A stretch of 64,000 nucleotides of DNA from Diadema antillarum. Lineage: Eukaryota. The stretch spans positions 4,278,001-4,342,000 of the forward strand of contig NW_027271001.1 of assembly GCF_040938485.1 (NCBI RefSeq). Reading direction: 5' to 3'. Below are positions 51,961 through 60,134 of this stretch, piece after piece (the first letter of the stretch is position 1; every line of letters begins with the position of its first letter). The notes under the pieces are model-generated. The model was not told the origin of the DNA. It saw nothing but the letters and a program-made list of their open reading frames with translations, and made no database searches. A program made the position numbers and the translations under genes.

Positions 51961-54900
51961 ATTAAAGATAAATTTCACATCCAATTTTCGGTACAGCCGT
52001 GTGGCTTTATAGTCACTTAGCGCGCTGCATGGTCATTATGCACTACCTTAGGACGAGATGTTCGAGACCCGCAGGACGCTATCATTTTTTCTCTCTCTCT
52101 TTCTTTGTGTTTCTTTTGGCAGTTCAGCTTTATTCCGATCGATGTCATTTATCGTATTATCTTATCAATTATACTACCCCACGACACACAGTCGCTCAAG
52201 TTCCTTTTTTTTTTTGTCGGAGGCTGGAGGTTGGATTTGCTTCATTTATCATACGTATTGTTTAAATTGCCCTTGGTACAGTGCCCCACTTGCCACCTTT
52301 CCTTTTCCCTTTCCTTTTCTCTACGTTTGTTCCTGTTACATTGTCACAAGACAGGTCGGAAAATAATTTGCATAACTCAACTGGAGCAGGAATGGCAACT
52401 GAATGAATTAACTCTAGGCCAGGTGTATGGCGTCTCGCTCATCTCTTTGAAATTCCAGGATGTTATTGTTTGACGCAATAACGGAGTTGTAGACAGGTTT
52501 TTTATGTTGCTATAGAGGTATCTTGTGCCACATGAGTAGAAGGCATCACTGTTTAGTAGTAGTAATGAACTTTTTCATGTCCCTCCATGTCAATTATAGT
52601 GTGGTTTTAAAGGGGTTGTGTGTCTATCTGCCAAAGAAAAGGAAAAACTTATTTTCGTCATGGCTGCTTCTCTATACGTAGCCGTAGGTAATGAGTGTTG
52701 TTGGTATCTGAGCAGTGAAGAAACAGAGCATCAGGCTAAAATCCCCCTTAGTTTATACGCGCTAAGCGTTCAATTTGATATATCTTTCTTTATGAAGTCA
52801 ATCCCTGCTAATGGAGTTACAGAATTATGTTTATGACACGTTTTCACTGAAAGTTTGTAAAGCAAAGTTTATGGACAAGGCAAGCAATTGTACATGAATA
52901 ATACCTGCCATTGATTTCAGAGGGAAATTATGGTATGCATAAATGTAAGGGTATCATTGCTTTGGAATTGCTGAGACAATATGCTTGGCACGAGGGCTTC
53001 CACTTCTAATAACTGATCCCTTTGAAGATGTGTCGGTCACGGGTGATCGTCATGATTCATCTTTCACGTAGAAGCTTACGTTCCACACTCTTGGTTCGAG
53101 AAGACTTACCATCATACTTCAAATTGTTATTAAAGGTAAAGACTCAAAATCAGACAAGTTTACGTGTTATCTCTATGGGAGGTGATTTTTTTTTTTTTTA
53201 ATGTGCATTGACTTGACAAACGTTTAAGCACCTTTATCTCAGATGATTTTGCTCCATTTCCTCTGTAACTTAAGTGTGTGGTAACTGAGACAATAAGCTG
53301 CAGTAATCATGCATGTTATTCTTTTGAAATCTCCTCATTAGTTTGACAATTTTGCAGTTTAAAAACTGAAAAATGAGAATGGAATGTGGACAAAACGATT
53401 CCTGATTCATCTTTCACATACATAACTTTACGTTCCTCTTTTTTTCTCGTCGAGACGTATGGCCGAGTGGTTTAAAGGCGACGTCTCAGAGACGTGAGGT
53501 TGCACACGTGCGGGTTTCGAACCCCACAAGATCACGAAACAAAATACTTAGCTATTTTTACTTTTTTTTTCTTCAATTTTTGTATTACATATTCGTCCAT
53601 GTAGAAATCACATTCATATATAAATGCACCTATACACACACACAGACACACACACACACCATATCCCTCTTTTTTTGTGTTGGAGACCATATTGCTTCGA
53701 CTGCTGCAAAAATTTTTGCAGGCTGACTTTGTCAAACTGATCATAGTATGTAATGACGACGACGAAGGTGTTGTACTTTGAACAATTGTCTTTCAAGACC
53801 ATGTCATTGTTTTGTACTTTGATGACGTCATCGCACTGAAAAATTGTGATTAAAGGCAAGGTATCAAAACCAGCCGATTATAGGTTTTATGTTTACGGCA
53901 CGTATTTTTCCCAAGTTGCCAGAAATGGCATAGGGACATCAGTAGTTACAAGGCCGCATTTCCGTCTAGCAATGCAATACATGTTTCACGCGGCCACGTT
54001 GGTTGAGTGGGGCATTGACTTTTCTCCCTGTAATATCTATACATTTTCTTTTTTGCCTTACCATTTCCGTGGATGTCCCGTGGCCGAGAGGTTAGAGAAA
54101 CGGTTTTTTGCATGCAAACTCAATTATAACTTCAAGGTGCCTATATCACATTCTTTTCTTTGTCGATCACAGATGACCGACATCTGATAACCCCAAGCGT
54201 ATCACCTAACTCGTCAGTCTGACGAGTTTTCATATCTTGTTTATTTGTTTGTTTGTTAGTTTTTTTTGTTATATTTTCAATATGACATGCTCAAGACACC
54301 ATTCAGTGCTTTGTGATTACTACTCTGTATGAAAGCATGATACTGACTTGAAGTAGATGATTAAAAGTGGTTACATAGCATTTGTATGATGCATTGTGCC
54401 TGGTTGCCACCATTTGCTGACTATTGCCAATCACTTGGGGGCAATTCACAAGGGGTTTGGCATCATTCGCCCATTTTTCTGGTGTGAATACATGGGTGAA
54501 CCTTCATCTTCACTGGGTTAGCACCTTTTCTATTTGCGACGAATGAATGAAGTGGGATCTTTTTACCTGCATGACATATGGCTAACTCACACATGGGGAC
54601 CTCCATTTGATGTCCTATCAGAGGGGACAGCATGTTTTTTTGCCTCTTACTAGGAGAGGGGGACGACATGATCTCACACAGCATTTGCTCAGCTAGACTC
54701 CATGTGATATTGAAACCCGAGCCCACTAGTTTGCATTGCGGACACATTACTGACCAAGCAACATAATATCGTGATGCAATTTTCCTGTTAAAGCAATACT
54801 TTTATTGCAATGTGAATGGAGGTTTAAAACTTTGCTGTTTTAAATGTTGCAATATTTTGCACTGAGAATGGGTTAACCTGTTTTATCATTTCTTCTTTTT

Positions 54901-55673
54901 TTTCCCTGCAGACATTGATCTTCTGTGAAGGGGACTCGCTATACCAAAGAAAAGTACGAGAAGAGTCAGGCATTTGCGAAGGCAAAGGGACTCCCCGGTC
55001 TCAAGCATCACTTGTTGCCGAGAACCAAGGGGTTCAACCTGTGCGTCGAGGCGTATAAAGGGAAGGTGAGGGGAGGCTACAATCTATCCATTTTAACCCT
55101 AACTTACCTGCGACCATTCCGGCGCGCAAATTTTTTTGACCGCGCCGCTTGCTGACTTTTTACTTTCAAGTCTCCCGCAACTTTTGAGACCAAATTTGTC
55201 GCACCCGGGCATACCGTTCCGAAGCCACGCCCCTTCAAAAATTTTTCGTCAACCCCAAAATTGCTCAAAAACCGTTATTTTGTGTACAAAGTCAATACAA
55301 ATTGTGTTTTTTTCAGTTAATTCATATAGAGATTCATATTCTTAATTTTAATGGCTGAAATCAGTTTATGAGAATTATGCATCAAAAAATGTGTATGACA
55401 AATTCTGCTGAAAAAACAAAAACAAAAGTTTGAAAAAACAACAAAATACATAAAAAATTGATAAAACAATAAAAAAACATATGAAAATAATTTTGATACT
55501 GAATTTTTTTTACGCACAAATGTTAGGAATGTCACTAGGAATATTTACACCAAAAAATCAGCATTCCATAAGCTTTTATAAGCCAATTACAGACGAAAAT
55601 GAGGTTTTTTGCATATATTTGCATAATTAATTAACTTAATATAGAAAATGCAAATTTTTGGAAATTGGCATAA

Positions 55674-55706
<33 letters not shown>

Positions 55707-58700
55707 AATTCAAGCTCGCTAAATAGCCCAGTATTAAAGTTAGGGTTAAACCTTGAAAACCCTTTTTGTGCACAAATCCTCATATATGCACACACAACTC
55801 CACTAGGGCCTTTTCCCCTTGTGCCCCAAAGCTGGAATAGCCTCCCTGTTCATTAGCGGCACCATGGTCCCATGTTATTGAAACATTCAGAAATGGACTC
55901 AAAACCTACCTTTTTCAAGCTACAAATCATTATCCTGCAGTTTTGTTCACGTTATGTTATCTGACTGGTAGGTACCTATTGTAATATTTGTGCATCTAGT
56001 GATTATTTGATATATGTCAGTGTTTGTATTGTCATAGTTAATTTAGTAATAATAGTGATTATTTGATATATGTCATTGTTTGTATTGTCATAGTTAATAG
56101 TCATTATTTGATATATGTCATTGTTTGTATTGTTCTAGTTAATGTGCTTCAGAATATTTGAATATGCAAATTGATGATAATAACAATTATGATGATTATT
56201 ATTATCGATATCTTTGTGAAATAACATGAATATTGGATTCATTTCAATAATGCAAGCATACAAAATTGGCTGGTCTTATTTCTGCAGTTCCTGCACTCTA
56301 TGATGCAACAATAGCCTACAAAGACGGGGCACAGTCATCTCTCTATGACCTGCTGTGTGGAAAGAAGTTTGTCTATCACATTCACTCTAGGTGAGAAATG
56401 GTCCCAGTCTGTGGTGATCGCAGAAGGTGCCTACCCCCACTCGCTTCTCAGTGGATCTTGTCCAAGTTTTCAGACACTCATCATCAGTGATTGAGAAAAA
56501 TGAATGAAATAGACATACATGTACATGTTTTTAGTGTTTTATGTGTTTGTTTGTTTAGAGTCCACGTTTTGATAGTGTGGTCATTATTGAATCCAGCTGA
56601 TCTTTCCTGTGTGTTACAGCACTTTGATAGCTGTAACTTCCTTTGAAGCCATTTTATACATACTGTTTTTATTTTGGTGTGATGTATTGATGGTGCTCTT
56701 TACGTTTGTGATTTTCGCAAGTCAACTGAATTTCTTAAAATGAGCAACTTACCGGAATTTTGTCTCCTATACTTCAAATGGAGTCAGGTTTGTGTTGTCT
56801 GCAAGGTGAGAAATCACCCATAACAATTTTTGAAAAGGGATAATTTCTCACTCCATCATCAAAGTCCTCTGTTGCAGATTTATTCATCTGAAAGGAAGGA
56901 AGGAAGGGAAGAAAGAAAGAACTCATGTTTCACAATCCTAAGTCCCAAGACTGGTGTGATACAGTAGGAAATAAGTAAAATTACACAATTCCCATCCTTG
57001 TGCCAATCTTTTTGTTTGTTCGTTAAGATAAGTTTAGCAGATTTATTAAGAAAGATCGGTAAGAGTTTAAAGAAAGGAGAGCTCATCGTATAACCCTGTC
57101 TGTTATTTGATTCTTATTTACGTATATTAGTCTATTGCTTACGTGTATATCACTTTCTTTTCATATTTGTACATGTAGTCATTTTTCTGAACATATCTTC
57201 AAATATCATAATTGCATTTATTTACTTCCAGGAGGATACCACTAGAGGAAATTCCAACCGATACAGAGGAGGCAACATCTGAGTACTGTCATGAGCTGTA
57301 TCGGAAAAAGGTGATGTCATTGTTCTCCTGACAGCTAAATGTAGTAGATTTACCAGTGGAGTGGTATTTGCAGAGACTCCAACTCTCACGTTTTCACGGG
57401 AGATCTCCCGCCGAAAACCCATATTTGCAAGATCTCCCGTTCTCCCGTTTGAGATTTAATTTCTCCGCCCTGGCTTTTTGTCTCCCGTTGGAAAGGATTT
57501 CTTACTTATTTCTATCGTATGTTAAAAAAATAAGCCTTAGATAGCACCAGAGAGCATCTAGAACCGTGGGAATTTCGCGCTTCGCACACATCAAGTTGGA
57601 GTCTCCCGTTTGCTAAGGGTTTCAGGCGGGAGAATCTCCAGATCAGAAGGTGCTTGGGGTTGGAGTCTCTGTATTTGTTGGATTCCAAACAATTTGTCTT
57701 CTGTATTCAGTGATGAGTTTTAGCTCTATACCAGAAGGCATGTATGTATTCCAGGGCTCATTTAGTAGCAGATTTGGTTACATGATTTATCAGAAGTATT
57801 TCCAATTTAATGAATGGGTATTTATTTGCCATCATGCGGCACTGGGTAAATTGAATGTGTGAGAAGCTGCTGTCTACAGCAACTGGCTGTTAAAAGAGTT
57901 AAAGCCAAAACATAGTTTTTCCAGTGGCTGCATACAGTGCTGATTTTTGCTCTAAAATGGAGACAAGTGCATAAGAATGTGAAATAGGCAGTAACAACAC
58001 AATTTCAGTTTGGTAAAATGAAAGTGTGGAATGTTACTGAAAAAAGGTACGCAGGAAGTATTGCAGTCTCTGAGTATTCTTGAACATGGTTTCTACTTGA
58101 TGCTTTGTACATTGATTACAAAACATCAGTAACATCGATTACAATATATTGGGCTAGCAGTATCCCATATGCAAGAATGAATAGCATGCAGCCTGTTAGC
58201 AGCCTACAATCAGTACTGCTTCTAGGACACATTTTGTAGTAATGTTTACCTATCTACTGAATTGGGGGAGGGGAGGGTTCTTGAATAAAAGTTGTGTACA
58301 CCTACTTTTATTATTCCAGACGTTTGATCTCAAAATACTCCAAAAAAAACTTACGAGTTCTGAGTTTTGTGGTAGACCCTTGTATAATACTCCAAAACAA
58401 CTTACTGTTCTGGGTTTTGTGGTAGACCCTTCCAGTGTATTGCTAGCAAATTCCAAATGGTGGAAGATGAATTTAGTGCCCTTCTGAGAACTATGTTTTA
58501 GCCTTAACATCCTATGCTGTCTTCCTAAACCGAGGTATTCTGCATTGATTTGCCAATTCTCTGCCAAACAGGACGAGACGTACCAGTACTTCCTGGACCA
58601 CAACACGTTTGCCGGCTACGACGCGGAGCGAACCGAGCACCGCCTACCCCAGTCCATGCGGCCCAAGTACGTCATGGTCTTTTGGACCCTCACCATCGGT

Positions 58701-60134
58701 CTTCCCCTCATCTACTACACCCTGCTTGTCCTTCTCTCCGGCTCCACGGTCCTCATGCTCATCGTTGTGGCCATCTTTTATGGAGGTGGGCAAGACCAAT
58801 GACCGCATTCACACGTACAAAATACTGTATACGCCATATATTTCGCAAGTCTAAATTTTTGCGAATGGGGAATTCCTGACGATTTCACAAGTGGTTGAAT
58901 TCGCGATCTTGGAGTCCTGTACTGAACGGAGAAGTGTACACGCATACTTTACATTCACATTGGGATCAGAGTCGGTATTTCACGTGTTTTTAATATCCCC
59001 GAATAGCACCTGACTTGCAAAATTTACGAAAATACAAGCCTCGCAAAATGTTTGGCCTATGCAGTAATGCGATAACGATTGCGATCAAAATCTCAAGATT
59101 TTTTACAAGCATTGACATTGACAGAAATATCCCGATCGCGATAATTTGCATATGAATATGTGTATGCACGAAATCTGCCAAACTGGCGCACACAGGGTAC
59201 TTCACTGCATGTGCTTCTCTTTGCCCTTTTGTTCTTTTCTGGTGTGTCACAGTGTTGTGATGTGCACACTGTTGTGATGTGCAATTTGAATGATGAGATA
59301 TATAATCTCGAGATTATTTGCTCCAGCATTCACACGGTCACGGTGGGGAGAATTATCATGATAATTCAGAAATAAGTGCAAGATTTTGTAGGATTTACAT
59401 CGCAATGCTGATCACGATAAGTAGTGGGATTTTTGTGTCCACACACAGGCAAAAATCTTGAGATTTCAGTCGCGATGTAAATCTCGACATTTGTATCTTG
59501 CTAATTCGTGTACACGTGATTCTCACTGATGGTAGTGTATGGTTGGAGTGAAGCTAACAGTACTAATAATGATATAAGAATGATAAGGATAATGANNNNN
59601 NNNNNNNNNNNNNNNNNNNNNNNNNNNNNNNNNNNNNNNNNNNNNNNNNNNNNNNNNNNNNNNNNNNNNNNNNNNNNNNNNNNNNNNNNNNNNNNNNNNN
59701 NNNNNNNNNNNNNNNNNNNNNNNNNNNNNNNNNNNNNNNNNNNNNNNNNNNNNNNNNNNGAGTAGTAGTAGTAGGAGTAGTAGTCGTAGTAATAATAGTG
59801 GTAGTAGTATAAATAACAAGAGTAACAATAGCTGGAACCATCCTGATAAACTTTCCACAGCTCCTGTAATAAAATTTGTACTTTGCAAACAACTATGAAG
59901 TGAAGTCTCCTGTTTAATGATACTATTCACAAAGTTTTGATAATGGGTATTTTCATGTATTTCTCCCATGCAGCATTTTCTGTCGTCAAGTCCATGTTGA
60001 ATTTCACCGTGGCGTCAAAGGGATCGACTTACGGGAGCAACAAGGAGGGAAGGTCAAAGAGCGGTGTGCAAAATGGCAACGCAGAGTCCAACGGAACGTC
60101 GACTCACCCCTCCGACGAAAAGAAGACGGATTGA
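34479..60134 (+). CDS. AGPAT3/4: AGPAT gamma/delta-like paralog B; join(34479..34656,35454..35623,37144..37305,54912..55065,56288..56390,57232..57310,58572..58785,59974..60134); exon 4 has two indels as assembled
   Basis: Same exon sizes and phases as A for exons 1-7; motifs NHRQDVD, FVSR, (FCE)GTR, LLPRTKGF, SKGSTYG, C-terminal KKTD. Extra G in 54930-54933 and one missing base near 55063-55065 give TAA at 55056-55058. Confidence 0.88.
35454..35623 (+). CDS. AGPAT3/4: Paralog B exon 2 (NHRQDVD)
   Basis: TTTTTAG| acceptor, AGA|GTATGA donor, 170 nt. Confidence 0.93.
35690..36480. repeat. Degenerate (CAC/CAT/TAC)n low-complexity tract
   Basis: Read directly; produces spurious poly-His/Thr/Val ORFs. 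Confidence 0.9.
36807..36994. mobile_element. hAT-like MITE with perfect 6-bp TSD
   Basis: TGACTG|CAGTGCTTGAAAT ... AATTCGAGACCTG|TGACTG. Confidence 0.75.
37144..37305 (+). CDS. AGPAT3/4: Paralog B exon 3
   Basis: ATACAG| acceptor, GTC|GTAAGT donor, 162 nt. Confidence 0.94.
37513..37669. mobile_element. Palindromic MITE, PIF/Harbinger-like, CAG TSD
   Basis: CAG|GGCCCCATTTCATGAAAG ... CTTTTATGAAACAGGGCC|CAG; internal IR CAACTCTTGCTGGAATGGCAA. Confidence 0.75.
38257..41960. mobile_element. About 3.7-kb non-autonomous TIR DNA transposon (GAG-type terminus, possibly Sola-like)
   Basis: 18-bp TIR AGGGTCTGATCCAAAAAT at 38258-38275 and inverted at 41942-41959; CGCGACGGGACGGA subterminal motifs in opposite orientations; duplicated right arm; no TSD recognised; no coding capacity seen. 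Confidence 0.7.
44673..45030. mobile_element. Foldback MITE with TTAA TSD, Kolobok-like
   Basis: TTAA|AGGGGAAGGCTAGTAACTGATCAGTGGG ... CCCACTGATCAGTTACTAGCCTTCCCCT|TTAA; arms about 167 bp, spacer about 24 nt. Confidence 0.9.
47781..47864. mobile_element. Mini TACTGTA-family MITE nested in the hAT left end
   Basis: TACTGTTTACGTGGTTTCTTTCGCGGTGGTTTT ... ACGTTTACAGTA; similar to 25344. Confidence 0.6.
48113..50629 (+). CDS. hAT-family DDE transposase, 838 aa
   Basis: BED-like finger C32-x2-C35...H52-x5-H58; STDGSN (D161), GSDNAAVMTG (D226), CPNH (C254/H257), TRWLSL (R316/W317), IPHTNAECERVFS (E779, hATC region). No stops or frameshifts. Confidence 0.93.
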   Translation: MDRKKGQCYNSKYETEFDFITKSGKSKQHAFCKICRRDISIAHGGRSDIILHRKSKLHIGNFESESSSTPKITSWMSTSQDLNVTRAECLFTSFYLEHNIPLSAASHMGPLLRKAFPNSEEVKKFSSARTKTSCLVKEMAKDEQERIALAMKAGPFAISTDGSNTSTSKLYPIVINYFDGKQISCSIFSLQNLEEAGTGENIAQLLIAEMQKHSIPWQNCTALGSDNAAVMTGVKKGVGACLKKCQPELIVLGCPNHLIDLAAKAGSSALPCSIDSLLIDVFYYLEASVNRKLNLRNFQKLLGTEVQAILKHACTRWLSLGQCLPRFLQQWEALILFFEEEVAQQQKPVKETKTTPSIKTNLVPKKANPTLKSKPAQEPACVSQQKKLAPQTSKAKITASLQKFRIPKKVSAIHAKPDVTVSKPQLLQPEVSASSSQPQRVNVSPASDSVGQKRHGDNVNVHVPHQKKQKTCTEGPSAKAVCTLKLKPGTSSHPSKCTTGVTRKSTAKKTSSHILTPETSTKLSQGTSNVTEKEETRPVRILKTLKSKLKLAIAQFLSQSITSFDRKSVILQTRSPLIHRLKRELENLLRDLYSKFVTPQAIMAVTDVTLLDYKKKENLREESEIVIGSEARETVSTLDKADRQQFYAAVYSYYSKACDYIVAKFPLKSNVIIHAQVADISCRMDVKFTSVKFFIDKFPCMLLVKEGEDRHSAMDALENQFVSYQIAQIPDSVLREEGADKQWAVMMTQKGASGELSYDRLGRVMLGILTIPHTNAECERVFSQVRKNKTDFRGSMSDETLSSLLITKAQQTGPCYLRDFDDKFLRRAKSATCRALNE
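51325..51890 (+). mobile_element. tRNA-headed (SINE-like) repeat, copy 1, its 5' end split by the hAT
   Basis: A-box-like TGGCATAATCGGTTAGCG and B-box-like GGTTCGACTCC; body homologous to 51995-52580. Confidence 0.6.
51995..52580 (+). mobile_element. tRNA-headed (SINE-like) repeat, copy 2
   Basis: GCCGTGTGGC...TTAGCGCG...GTTCGAGACCC head; last about 190 bp nearly identical to 51700-51890; separated from copy 1 by (TA)n. Confidence 0.6.
53457..53530 (+). mobile_element. Degenerate tRNA-derived head (SINE-like), not a functional tRNA
   Basis: TGGCCGAGTGGTTTAAAGGCG A box and GGTTTCGAACCC B box; no convincing acceptor stem. Confidence 0.5.
54912..55065 (+). CDS. AGPAT3/4: Paralog B exon 4, disrupted as assembled (+1 G, -1 nt, internal TAA)
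   Basis: CCCTGCAG| acceptor, AAG|GTGAGG donor; GAAGGGGACT versus GAAGGGACC in A; ends GGGAAG versus GGAAAAG in A. Confidence 0.85.
55097..55745. mobile_element. piggyBac-like non-autonomous element
   Basis: TTAA|CCCTAACTT ... AAGTTAGGG|TTAA. Confidence 0.7.
56288..56390 (+). CDS. AGPAT3/4: Paralog B exon 5
   Basis: TCTGCAG| acceptor, CTAG|GTGAGA donor, 103 nt. Confidence 0.92.
57232..57310 (+). CDS. AGPAT3/4: Paralog B exon 6
   Basis: CTTCCAG| acceptor, AAG|GTGATG donor, 79 nt. Confidence 0.92.
57371..57671. mobile_element. hAT-like MITE with perfect 6-bp TSD
   Basis: TATTTG|CAGAGACTCCAAC ... GTTGGAGTCTCTG|TATTTG; shares the GCACCAGAGAG..CTAGAACC..TTCGCGCTTCGC module with the hAT right end (51150-51260). 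Confidence 0.85.
58572..58785 (+). CDS. AGPAT3/4: Paralog B exon 7
   Basis: CCAAACAG| acceptor, GGAG|GTGGGC donor, 214 nt. Confidence 0.9.
58823..59066. mobile_element. TA-flanked MITE (TACTGTA family, diverged)
   Basis: TACTGTATACGCCATATATTTCGCAAG ... CTCGCAAAATGTTTGGCCTATGCAGTA. Confidence 0.6.
59596..59759. other. Assembly gap (164 N)
   Basis: Run of N between ATG/TAG trinucleotide repeats. Confidence 0.99.
59974..60134 (+). CDS. AGPAT3/4: Paralog B exon 8 (SKGSTYG...KKTD*)
   Basis: CCATGCAG| acceptor; TGA at 60132-60134. Confidence 0.92.

Larger units (their letters stand above)
45921..54241 (+). mobile_element. Composite Helentron/HINE-like element, about 8.3 kb, containing nested repeats and the hAT
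   Basis: 14-bp subterminal IR TTAGGTGATACGCT (45925-45938) / AGCGTATCACCTAA (54196-54209), 3' hairpin AACTCGTCAG-T-CTGACGAGTT (54208-54228), TCTTGTT end, (TTCT)n near the 5' end; same architecture as 20313-21762. Confidence 0.7.

Noticed and set aside
53457-53530. Functional tRNA gene
   Set aside because: A and B boxes are present but the acceptor and anticodon stems do not pair convincingly; treated as a repeat head.
54931-55065. Rescue of B exon 4 by a cryptic acceptor at 54930
   Set aside because: It would delete TLIFCE including the motif III glutamate and still leave the wrong phase for exon 5.
56015-56140. Three ~45-bp tandem units; also two ~50-bp units at about 58335-58430
   Set aside because: Ordinary intronic slippage duplications.
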